Source of the DNA: a virus
Lineage: Duplodnaviria; Caudoviricetes
Strand: one strand, 5' to 3'
Virus record (IMG/VR): IMGVR_UViG_3300021142_000072
Coordinates: 1-41,191 of that record
DNA length: 41,191 nt
Positions 15,864-23,126 of the stretch are shown here, one piece after another. Position 1 is the stretch's first letter. Every line of letters begins with the position of its first letter. The notes beneath the pieces were generated by a model that saw only the letters and a list, made by a program, of their open reading frames with translations, did not search any database and had not been told where the DNA came from. The translations under genes and the position numbers were made by a program.

Positions 15864-16046
15864 ATGTCTGAAGAGCGTTTTATTTTATCTAGCCCTAATG
15901 AAATCAAGGTGTTATACAGACCCAAACCTAAAGCCGACTGGAACATTGGTCGGTGTAAGGGATGCGGAGAATGGGTTGTATTTGACCGCTCATGTTCGGC
16001 TTGCTCTACAATTACACCACAACCGACTAAGGAGGTTCAGAAATGA
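15864..16046 (+). CDS. Small zinc-finger protein (60 aa)
   Basis: ATG 15864 directly after the upstream stop; CKGC...CSAC. Confidence 0.55.
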   Translation: MSEERFILSSPNEIKVLYRPKPKADWNIGRCKGCGEWVVFDRSCSACSTITPQPTKEVQK

Positions 16047-16075
16047 ACGCACTTAACAACGGAGGCACACGATGA
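16043..16075 (+). CDS. Minigene 1 (MNALNNGGTR)
   Basis: Strong AAGGAGGT RBS; ATGA overlaps at both ends. Confidence 0.5.
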   Translation: MNALNNGGTR

Positions 16076-16110
16076 GCGCTATGGAACAGGCGGCGATTGG
16101 TTCGCGCTGA
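16072..16110 (+). CDS. Minigene 2 (MSAMEQAAIGSR)
   Basis: GGAGG RBS; ATGA start overlap; stop overlaps the CTG of the next gene. Confidence 0.5.
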   Translation: MSAMEQAAIGSR

Positions 16111-16538
16111 AGTTCAAGACTCGTTTCCTTGTAGTCGCCGTTCTTGCGGTAGGAATCGGGTTTGCAAGCCCATCGGTAGCGCAAAGCCCTAAAGCATTTA
16201 CGGATGCTATTGAGCGCACACCGGCAGCGGCGAAAGCCTATGCACAATCACAACTTCATAAATACGGATGGAACTCCACTTATCAATGGAGATGCCTAGT
16301 CACCGTCTGGACTAACGAGAGTAATTGGCGACCAAACGCCTACAACATAACTCCCGTTAAACTAGTGGTGGATGGGTTGACGGTTTCCTATCATGCCGGG
16401 GGCATACCTCAGCGAATTGGACTGTCTCCAAAAGCAAGCGTTAGCACTCAGGTTAATGTTGGATTGCGGTATATTTCCGACCGATATGGAAACCCCTGCA
16501 ACGCACTTCGCTTCTGGAATCGCCATTACTGGTATTGA
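16107..16538 (+). CDS. Secreted lytic transglycosylase (SLT/lysozyme-like, 143 aa) with probable CTG start; not in the ORF track
   Basis: Signal peptide KFKTRFLVVAVLAVGIGFASPSVA; WTNESNWRPNAYN (catalytic Glu), AGGIPQ, QVNVGLRYISDRYGNPCNALRFWNRHYWY. Confidence 0.85.
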   Translation: MKFKTRFLVVAVLAVGIGFASPSVAQSPKAFTDAIERTPAAAKAYAQSQLHKYGWNSTYQWRCLVTVWTNESNWRPNAYNITPVKLVVDGLTVSYHAGGIPQRIGLSPKASVSTQVNVGLRYISDRYGNPCNALRFWNRHYWY

Positions 16539-16549
16539 GAATGACAATC

Positions 16550-16709
16550 CAGACCGCGCTTACGGGCGCGAGTCACTAGATTTCACGGGAAGGCCGTTCC
16601 CTACCCGTGAAGATACGACTGCTTGAGCGCATGATTACCTCCAGTTGATTGCGCTCGCGGTCGTCTGCCTTAGCCCCACATTTCTCAAGGGTGTGGGGCT
16701 TTGTGCTTT
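16550..16709 (+). ncRNA. Candidate multi-hairpin small RNA with C-rich loops
   Basis: Intergenic; stems at 16555-16570 (UACG loop), 16582-16611 (CCGUUC loop) and 16615-16664 (CCUCCAGU loop), then a terminator. Confidence 0.65.
16672..16709 (+). terminator. Rho-independent terminator
   Basis: agccccaca/tgtggggct stem followed by TTGTGCTTT. Confidence 0.75.
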
Positions 16710-16741
16710 GTAGCCACAATGTAGCCACAATGTAGCCACAA
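16709..16741. repeat. Three perfect tandem copies of TGTAGCCACAA
   Basis: Copies at 16709, 16720 and 16731. Confidence 0.95.
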
Positions 16742-16799
16742 AATATAGTCTAAAACATATATTTGCTAATAAGTTACGCACATGGTGTAAGGTATCCCC

Positions 16800-17333
16800 A
16801 TGACCACGATTGTTGCCCGACAGTATGCCGACAAAGTGGTTATCGGGGCAGATTCGTTGGTTACGGCAACCCGCAAATACACGCATCCTAAGATGGTCAA
16901 AATAACCGAACGCGGTCAATACCTAATTGCCGGTGCTGGCTTGTCTAGTTTTTGCGATGTGGCTCAACACATATTTAATCCACCAAAGCCGACCGAAGCC
17001 GACAAAAAAGATTTGTACCATTTTATGATTTCTAAATTTATTCCGGCACTTAAGCAATGCTTCAAAGATAATGACCTCAAGTTGGAAGATGATAAAGATG
17101 AAGAAACGCGATTTGCTTTCTTGGTTGCAATTAATGGTGAAGTTTTTGATATTGCTGATGATTTCGCTATTTGTCTTGATTCTGACGGCATCTATGGGAT
17201 TGGTAGTGGCAGTAGCCTTGCTATTGGGGCGCTTAAGCAAGGTGCGAGTATTAAGAAGGCTCTCACGATTGCTGCCGACAAAGACCCATACACCGCTCCC
17301 CCATTTCTCATTGTTGAGCAAAAGCGTGGATAA
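16800..17333 (+). CDS. HslV / proteasome-beta-like Ntn threonine peptidase
   Basis: M-TTI N-terminal Thr, IGADS, K, AGAG, GIGSGS..A.GAL, DPYT; TAAGGT -10 element 6 nt before the ATG. Confidence 0.85.
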   Translation: MTTIVARQYADKVVIGADSLVTATRKYTHPKMVKITERGQYLIAGAGLSSFCDVAQHIFNPPKPTEADKKDLYHFMISKFIPALKQCFKDNDLKLEDDKDEETRFAFLVAINGEVFDIADDFAICLDSDGIYGIGSGSSLAIGALKQGASIKKALTIAADKDPYTAPPFLIVEQKRG

Positions 17334-17646
17334 GAAAATCGCTGAGACGGTATTGGCTCGCGCTAAAGGATATTGCGAGGCGTGTGGATTGCCCGGTGAC
17401 GACTTTGCCCTACACCATCGCAAACTCAAATCCCGCGGCGGCAAAGATGAAGTGAGCAACTTGATTGCCGTTCATCACAAGTGCCACAATCTCGGCACAA
17501 ATAGTATTCACCTCAATCCTGAAAAGGCTACGGTGAAAGGTTGGATGTGTCCGTCATGGGCTAATCCCGCCGACTATCCTCTGCACCTGCACGGCGTAGA
17601 GATAGTAAGATTAGATAACGAAGGTAACTACGAACGATTGGAATAG
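17326..17646 (+). CDS. HNH endonuclease
   Basis: CEACG...LHHRKLKSRGG...NLIAVHHKCH; GTG start at 17326. Confidence 0.85.
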   Translation: MDKKIAETVLARAKGYCEACGLPGDDFALHHRKLKSRGGKDEVSNLIAVHHKCHNLGTNSIHLNPEKATVKGWMCPSWANPADYPLHLHGVEIVRLDNEGNYERLE

Positions 17647-17650
17647 CAGG

Positions 17651-18046
17651 ATGGCGCGCATTGAAGTTGTAGGAAATGTTGGTACTGACCCAGAGATTAA
17701 ATTCTTTGATGGCAAGAACGGTTCATTTGGGGTTGCATCATTCTCGCTTGCTTACACACCACGCGAGAAAAAAGGTCAGGATTGGGTTGACGGCGAAACT
17801 GTTTGGTTTCGCATCTCTATTCTTGGCAAGCAAGCAGAACTCGTTACCGATGCGGTTCGCAAGGGCGAGCGCGTAAAGGTTGTGGGAACGCTTAAGGTAA
17901 GTTCATATCAAGCCAAGGATGGCTCACAGAAGCAAGGTCTTGAGATTAAGGCTGACGACATTACGATTGTCTTAAAGTCTGTTAATAAGTCACAGTTTTC
18001 AAAGCCAAAGTCTGATGAACCTGAATGGGGTGCGGGATGGAACTAA
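17651..18046 (+). CDS. ssb: Single-stranded DNA-binding protein
   Basis: VVGNVGTDPE...W.DGETVWF...KGERVKVVG OB-fold motifs. Confidence 0.92.
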   Translation: MARIEVVGNVGTDPEIKFFDGKNGSFGVASFSLAYTPREKKGQDWVDGETVWFRISILGKQAELVTDAVRKGERVKVVGTLKVSSYQAKDGSQKQGLEIKADDITIVLKSVNKSQFSKPKSDEPEWGAGWN

Positions 18047-18213
18047 TGACATCTATTCAAGTATGCGAACTGCTTGGCATCACTCACAACAACCTGCATC
18101 AGATTCAGAATCGTGGGCAGTTGAAGTGGGTTGAGAAAAAAGGCAAGTTCGTCTATTACAACGCTGACGATGTTCGCGCTTACGCAGAGAAGCGGGCAAG
18201 TCGCAAGAAATGA
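18046..18213 (+). CDS. MerR/excisionase-like HTH protein
   Basis: TSIQVCELLGITHNNLHQ..RGQL...YYNADDV; start may be 18037. Confidence 0.7.
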   Translation: MTSIQVCELLGITHNNLHQIQNRGQLKWVEKKGKFVYYNADDVRAYAEKRASRKK

Positions 18214-18830
18214 AATGTAGCAACTGCCGCAAAGATAGCCAGCGTGACATCTGTTCTTCATGCTGGCGCTTTGCCATGTTGCAATTAGTTAAGTTTCCTG
18301 ATTTCTACTACGACCTTGAAAAAGAGTTAGTACCAAGCACCGGCAGGAAAGGCGAGCGAGTATCTGGTAGTAAGACCGCGCCGCTTCCCGTTCGCATTGA
18401 GACATTGAATATGCGTTCAGGCGGCATCAGTATTCCTTTGATGCGCCATGAAAAAATGATGCGCGAGATACGCAACGAAACCCGCATTACTTTCCGCGGG
18501 CAGGAGATTAACAAAATCACCATGACTTGCGAATACATCTCTAACCGTGAGGAATGGGCATACAACGAGTACGAATCTGCCGTTGACCTTGCCACCGTAA
18601 TCATTTCCACATACAACAAGATTATGTTTATCCTCGGCAAGAAGTCAGATGAAATCATCATTGGCAAATGCCCGACCATTAACAAAGAAGATGAAGTGTG
18701 TGGGGCTAAGTTAAAGATTGACCCGACAAAACTAGAGCGCACCTCAGAGATTAAATGCCGGAGATGCGGCACAGTATGGGAATCCCATCAATGGCGTTTA
18801 TTGGGAAAGATGCTTGATGCCCAGAATTAG
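18210..18830 (+). CDS. Zinc-binding protein, possible late regulator
   Basis: N-terminal CxxC..CxxC and C-terminal CP..CG..CRRCG; lies before the packaging genes. Confidence 0.65.
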   Translation: MKCSNCRKDSQRDICSSCWRFAMLQLVKFPDFYYDLEKELVPSTGRKGERVSGSKTAPLPVRIETLNMRSGGISIPLMRHEKMMREIRNETRITFRGQEINKITMTCEYISNREEWAYNEYESAVDLATVIISTYNKIMFILGKKSDEIIIGKCPTINKEDEVCGAKLKIDPTKLERTSEIKCRRCGTVWESHQWRLLGKMLDAQN

Positions 18831-18999
18831 CGTGATTGAAGCCAGCCTTCTTTACAAAGTTACCAACCGAACTATTTACAACTGGATTATGGAAGATGTT
18901 ATAGAGTGCTTAGATGGCACTTACGACATTGATAAGTTACAAGCGGCTTACGACAAACGCCGAAAGTCTAAACCGCGTGTGCATATCCTTCGTAAGTAA
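18814..18999 (+). CDS. Small HTH protein
   Basis: SVIEASLLYKVTNRTIYNWI. Confidence 0.65.
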   Translation: MMPRISVIEASLLYKVTNRTIYNWIMEDVIECLDGTYDIDKLQAAYDKRRKSKPRVHILRK

Positions 19000-19000
19000 T

Positions 19001-19038
19001 TTGCATTTGCTTTTGTTTTCAGTTATATTAACTATAAT
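19001..19038 (+). promoter_or_regulatory. Putative promoter for the packaging/structural operon
   Basis: TTGCAT-17 nt-TATATT, with a further TATAAT at 19033. Confidence 0.5.
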
Positions 19039-19062
19039 TGGGTGGCGTGTAACGAGAGAGCC

Positions 19063-19242
19063 ATGCAAATAGCCCTAGAAGAAGTCACAATCGCCGAAAT
19101 AGATGAAGCACTTGCACATCTTCGCGATAAGTTACAAGACAGATACGGTAATCGCCTCACTCATCAGCAGCGAGAGTTTTACCTATCCAGCGTTGACGAT
19201 TTACTAGATGCGCGCAATGCACTTGCAAATCCTGTAAGATAA
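19063..19242 (+). CDS. Hypothetical helical protein
   Basis: GAGAG RBS before ATG 19063. Confidence 0.65.
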   Translation: MQIALEEVTIAEIDEALAHLRDKLQDRYGNRLTHQQREFYLSSVDDLLDARNALANPVR

Positions 19243-19246
19243 AAGG

Positions 19247-19741
19247 ATGGCTTACACACCCGAACAACGCGCCGAAGCATTAGTTACGCTTGAGGCTAAT
19301 GGCGGCAATATCTTACAAACTGCCACGCAATTAGGCATTGGTGAAGCAACCTTACACAGGTGGGTGAACGAATCCTCCAATAATGGAGACAATAAAAGCG
19401 ATATCGCCATCGCTACAGAAGAAATCATTCCTGAAACCCGCGAGACATTTATCGCTGAACTTAAGACTTTACGCAATAAGGTTCTACGCCATTTAGACGG
19501 CATCGTTGAGGATTTGAAAGCCCGCGAAGCCGCCATCACTCTTGGCATCCTGATTGACAAAACCGAACTCCTAGAAGGCAACGCTACGAGTCGTACTGCC
19601 GTAGTTGGTAATGGGGAGACAGTAGATGAAGCAATTAGCCGACTCGCAAGCGAACTTGAATCCCGACCTAGCCGCATTGAGATACCTCAAGTGGCATCAC
19701 CCGAGCAAGGGTCTAGCGAGAGCGAACCAACTACCACCTGA
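19247..19741 (+). CDS. terS: Terminase small subunit
   Basis: N-terminal HTH, GILIDKTELLEG oligomerisation segment, directly upstream of TerL. Confidence 0.75.
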   Translation: MAYTPEQRAEALVTLEANGGNILQTATQLGIGEATLHRWVNESSNNGDNKSDIAIATEEIIPETRETFIAELKTLRNKVLRHLDGIVEDLKAREAAITLGILIDKTELLEGNATSRTAVVGNGETVDEAISRLASELESRPSRIEIPQVASPEQGSSESEPTTT

Positions 19742-20969
19742 CGGTGATTGGCACTCATGGCTTGTTATGGCAGGTCGTGGGTTTGGCAAGACTCGTTTAG
19801 GCGCTGAATGGCTCGCCGCTAAAGCAGTTAGAAATGATGGCATCCGTTGCGCCATTGTCGCTAGAACTTTCTCCGATGTGCGCTCAGTATGTGTAGAAGG
19901 CGTATCCGGCATATTGGGCGTACTTCGTGAGTACGATGCCGTGAAGGATTGGAACAAATCCAACGGAATCATCACACTCAAGAACGGCAGTATCATTCAG
20001 ACCTTCTCGGCTGATACACCTGATTCTCTTCGTGGCCCGCAGTTCAACTACGCATGGACAGACGAACTAGCCGCTTGGCAATATGAAGATACATGGAATC
20101 AACTCCAGTTCGGCTTACGCCTTGGCGAGCATCCTCAGACCGTTATCACGACAACACCGCGCCCAACTAAATTGATTAAAGATTTGGTCAAGCGCGACAC
20201 CACAGTTGTTACCCGTGGCTCAACTTTCGATAACGCCGAGAACCTGTCGCAGACGGCTTTGTTGGAAATGCAGAATCGCTACGCTGGCACTCGCTTAGGT
20301 CAGCAAGAACTGTACGGCGCAATCCTTGACGACAATCCCGGCGCTCTATGGAATCGCGCTCAACTAGAAGCAGCGCGAGTAACTGAACCGCCTCCGCTTA
20401 TGCGTATCGTTGTAGGTATTGACCCTGCCGTTACCTCTGGCGATGAATCGGACTACACAGGCATTGTCGTTGCCGGTATGACCGTAGATGGTCACTATTA
20501 CATCCTTGCCGATTACACCATGAAATCCACGCCTGATGCGTGGGCAAGAAAAGCAGTTAACGCCTTTGAACTACATAAAGCAGACCGCATCATCGCAGAA
20601 ACGAATAACGGCGGCGATTTGGTAGTTCATCTTTTACAACAGGTCAACCCGATTGTTCCCGTCAAGAAGGTTACGGCTACTCGCGGCAAAGCAGTTCGCG
20701 CAGAACCTATCGCCGCACTTAGCGAGCAAGGTCGCTTACACATGGTCGGATACTTCTCCGAATTAGAAGATGAAATGTGTGAGTGGGAAGCCGGTACGAA
20801 CATGAAATCGCCTGACCGCATGGATGCGATGGTATGGGCGCTGACAGAATTAACAGAAGGTTCGGCAACTCTCACGGCATTAGGAAGCATGGGCAAGTTC
20901 TGCCCGTCATGTTCAATGCCTAACCTCAAATCAGCAGCAATCTGTTTTAAGTGCGGCACTACTCTTTAG
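19626..20969 (+). CDS. terL: Terminase large subunit
   Basis: AGRGFGKT Walker A, LRGPQF..AWTDE Walker B, GIDPA nuclease motif, SPDRMDA; start position uncertain. Confidence 0.95.
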   Translation: MKQLADSQANLNPDLAALRYLKWHHPSKGLARANQLPPDGDWHSWLVMAGRGFGKTRLGAEWLAAKAVRNDGIRCAIVARTFSDVRSVCVEGVSGILGVLREYDAVKDWNKSNGIITLKNGSIIQTFSADTPDSLRGPQFNYAWTDELAAWQYEDTWNQLQFGLRLGEHPQTVITTTPRPTKLIKDLVKRDTTVVTRGSTFDNAENLSQTALLEMQNRYAGTRLGQQELYGAILDDNPGALWNRAQLEAARVTEPPPLMRIVVGIDPAVTSGDESDYTGIVVAGMTVDGHYYILADYTMKSTPDAWARKAVNAFELHKADRIIAETNNGGDLVVHLLQQVNPIVPVKKVTATRGKAVRAEPIAALSEQGRLHMVGYFSELEDEMCEWEAGTNMKSPDRMDAMVWALTELTEGSATLTALGSMGKFCPSCSMPNLKSAAICFKCGTTL

Positions 20970-20977
20970 GAGAATCA

Positions 20978-21322
20978 ATGGCTACAACCTTCAACACCAC
21001 CATTGACCAAGGTGCAGACTGGTATCTGACGGTGACATGGAATGACCCATCAGGCAATCCCATCAACCTCACCGGTTACTCTGCCGCTCTCCAGATTCGC
21101 ACATCGCCACTTGCCAAGACAACCGTTCTTAGCCTGACTTCAGGTAGCGGCATCACTTTGGGTGGTACGGCTGGCACGATTGCTATTCACGCGACCAACG
21201 CGCAGACTGGCTCAATCACCAACGGCACATACGCTTATGACCTTGAACTCACAAGTGCAGGTGGCATCGTCACTCGCTTGATTAATGGCACAATTCAAGT
21301 CACCCCACAGGTTACGCGATGA
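20978..21322 (+). CDS. Ig-like virion structural protein
   Basis: IDQGA..P.NLTGY.A.LQIR..YDLEL..RL..G...VTP.VTR pattern; AGGAG RBS. Confidence 0.65.
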   Translation: MATTFNTTIDQGADWYLTVTWNDPSGNPINLTGYSAALQIRTSPLAKTTVLSLTSGSGITLGGTAGTIAIHATNAQTGSITNGTYAYDLELTSAGGIVTRLINGTIQVTPQVTR

Positions 21323-21645
21323 GTGACAACATTGTTGTCAGCCCCGTAGTTCAAACCCTTACCGTCACACAGACCGTTCAATCAGTCACCGTTGCTTCAC
21401 CCGGCCCACAAGGGCCACAAGGCCCACAAGGGCCATCAGGCGCTTCTACAACTCTGTTCTATGTTTACACGCAGAACACTCCAGCAAGCGTATGGACAAT
21501 CACTCACAATCTCGGTGGGCATCCAACTGCAGTCGTGCTTGATAGCAGCGGCGCGCAATGCGAAGGCACTTATTCGTACACCGATAACAACACGATGGTC
21601 ATTACATTCACTTCAGCCTTCACCGGTACTGCTTACATAATCTAG
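21319..21645 (+). CDS. Short collagen-like fibre protein
   Basis: GPQGPQGPQGPS repeat; WTITHNLG domain. Confidence 0.7.
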   Translation: MSDNIVVSPVVQTLTVTQTVQSVTVASPGPQGPQGPQGPSGASTTLFYVYTQNTPASVWTITHNLGGHPTAVVLDSSGAQCEGTYSYTDNNTMVITFTSAFTGTAYII

Positions 21646-21652
21646 GAGAACA

Positions 21653-23119
21653 ATGAGCCGCAAATTTCTCACACCCATCAACTTAGTTCAGAACGAGTTG
21701 CAGAACGCTCGTATCCAGAACCTCTCTAGTGCGCCATCTTCTCCTGTAACTGGTCAGATTTACTACAACACAAGTTCTAACGCGCTCTATGTTTACAACG
21801 GTACGGCATGGGGTCAAGCAGGTGGCATCACCTCTGGCACATTGTCTGCTCGCCCTACCGCATCATCTGTTTCAGCGGGAACTTTCTACTACGCAACCGA
21901 CAACTACCTCATCTATTACTCCAACGGCTCAACTTGGCAGCAGGTAGATAACTTCGGTTCAGGTCAGACAACTGCTAACTCTGTCACCGCTTCATCTTCT
22001 GACGGTACTTCTACCAACTACGCTCGCGCTGACCACACTCACGCTGGCGAAGGCTTTGGCTCAGTCACCGCACAAACTTCATTCGGTCAAGGCTCATCTA
22101 ACGGTACTGCTTCAACCGTTGCTCACTCTGACCACACACACGGCACACCTTCACTTGGCTCTACGACTCCTAACGCAGTCAACGGCACAACGGGTTCTGC
22201 CGGTAGCGCATCAACCGCGAGCGCCTCAGACCACACCCACGCATTTAGCCCATCATCATTCACCCTTGATACCTTTGGCGCTCCTGTCGCATCGGTATCG
22301 CTCAACTCGCAGAAAATTACAAACCTCGCTACACCAACTGCTTCAACTGATGCAGCAAGCAAGGGTTATGTTGACGGCGTTGCACAAGGTCTGAACGTCA
22401 AAGGTTCTGTTGTAGCCGCAACAACCGCAAGCATTACTCTTGTTGGTGGTCAAGTCATTGACGGCGTTACCATCACCGCTGGTCAGCGCGTTTTGGTCAA
22501 GAACCAAAGCACACCATCGCAAAACGGTATCTATGTAGCGCAGACAACCACATGGACACGCGCCGCCGACCAACAGACACCAACTCAAGGCGACTTTACT
22601 TTCGTTGAGCAGGGAACAGTCAACGGCTCACAAGGCTGGATTCTTGCTACTGGCACAACCACATGGACTCAGTTCTCAGCGGCAGGTGAATACACCGCTG
22701 GTAACGGCATCACCATCACCGGTTCTTCTATCGCCTTTAACCCAACCTCAACAGGTGGATTGCAGACTGCTTCAGGTGGCGCATCTATTCTCTTGGCTAC
22801 CAACTCAGGTTTGGGAACATCCTCAAGCGGTTTGGCAGTCGGCGCTGGTACAGGTATCACCGTCTCAACTGGCACAGTAGCCGTTGATGGAACTGTTGTT
22901 GTTAAGAAGTACGCCACCGCATTTGGCGATGGTTCGTCAACATCTTACACAATCACTCACAACCTCGGTACGCAAGATGTCACCGTTGCGGTCTATAACG
23001 CAGCATCACCTTACGATGAAGTTATGTGCGATGTTCAACACACCTCAACTTCAGCAATTACGCTATTGTTCTCAACTGCACCTACATCGAACCAATATCG
23101 CGTAGTCGTACACGGATAG
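21653..23119 (+). CDS. Fibre-like structural protein
   Basis: S/T/G-rich; three DHTH repeats, KITNLATP..DAASKGYVD, QRVLVKNQ..QNGIY, ITHNLG. Confidence 0.75.
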   Translation: MSRKFLTPINLVQNELQNARIQNLSSAPSSPVTGQIYYNTSSNALYVYNGTAWGQAGGITSGTLSARPTASSVSAGTFYYATDNYLIYYSNGSTWQQVDNFGSGQTTANSVTASSSDGTSTNYARADHTHAGEGFGSVTAQTSFGQGSSNGTASTVAHSDHTHGTPSLGSTTPNAVNGTTGSAGSASTASASDHTHAFSPSSFTLDTFGAPVASVSLNSQKITNLATPTASTDAASKGYVDGVAQGLNVKGSVVAATTASITLVGGQVIDGVTITAGQRVLVKNQSTPSQNGIYVAQTTTWTRAADQQTPTQGDFTFVEQGTVNGSQGWILATGTTTWTQFSAAGEYTAGNGITITGSSIAFNPTSTGGLQTASGGASILLATNSGLGTSSSGLAVGAGTGITVSTGTVAVDGTVVVKKYATAFGDGSSTSYTITHNLGTQDVTVAVYNAASPYDEVMCDVQHTSTSAITLLFSTAPTSNQYRVVVHG

Positions 23120-23126
23120 GACTTCA

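Noticed and set aside
16393-16626. 77-aa ORF from the ORF track, and minus-strand ORFs across 16053-16919
   Set aside because: They are shadows of the transglycosylase frame and the structured RNA, with no recognisable motifs
16576-16646. Minus-strand RBS plus ATG (AACTGGAGGTAATCATG) opening an 18-aa ORF
   Set aside because: Terminator polarity and G-U pairs favour a + strand RNA, and the RBS-like look is what an antisense loop would give. Not fully excluded without strand-specific data.
16550-16670. tRNA or tmRNA
   Set aside because: No T-loop/D-loop consensus, CCA end or tag reading frame
18046-18213. Excisionase implying an integration module
   Set aside because: No tyrosine or serine integrase was recognised; a generic MerR-like HTH is sufficient explanation
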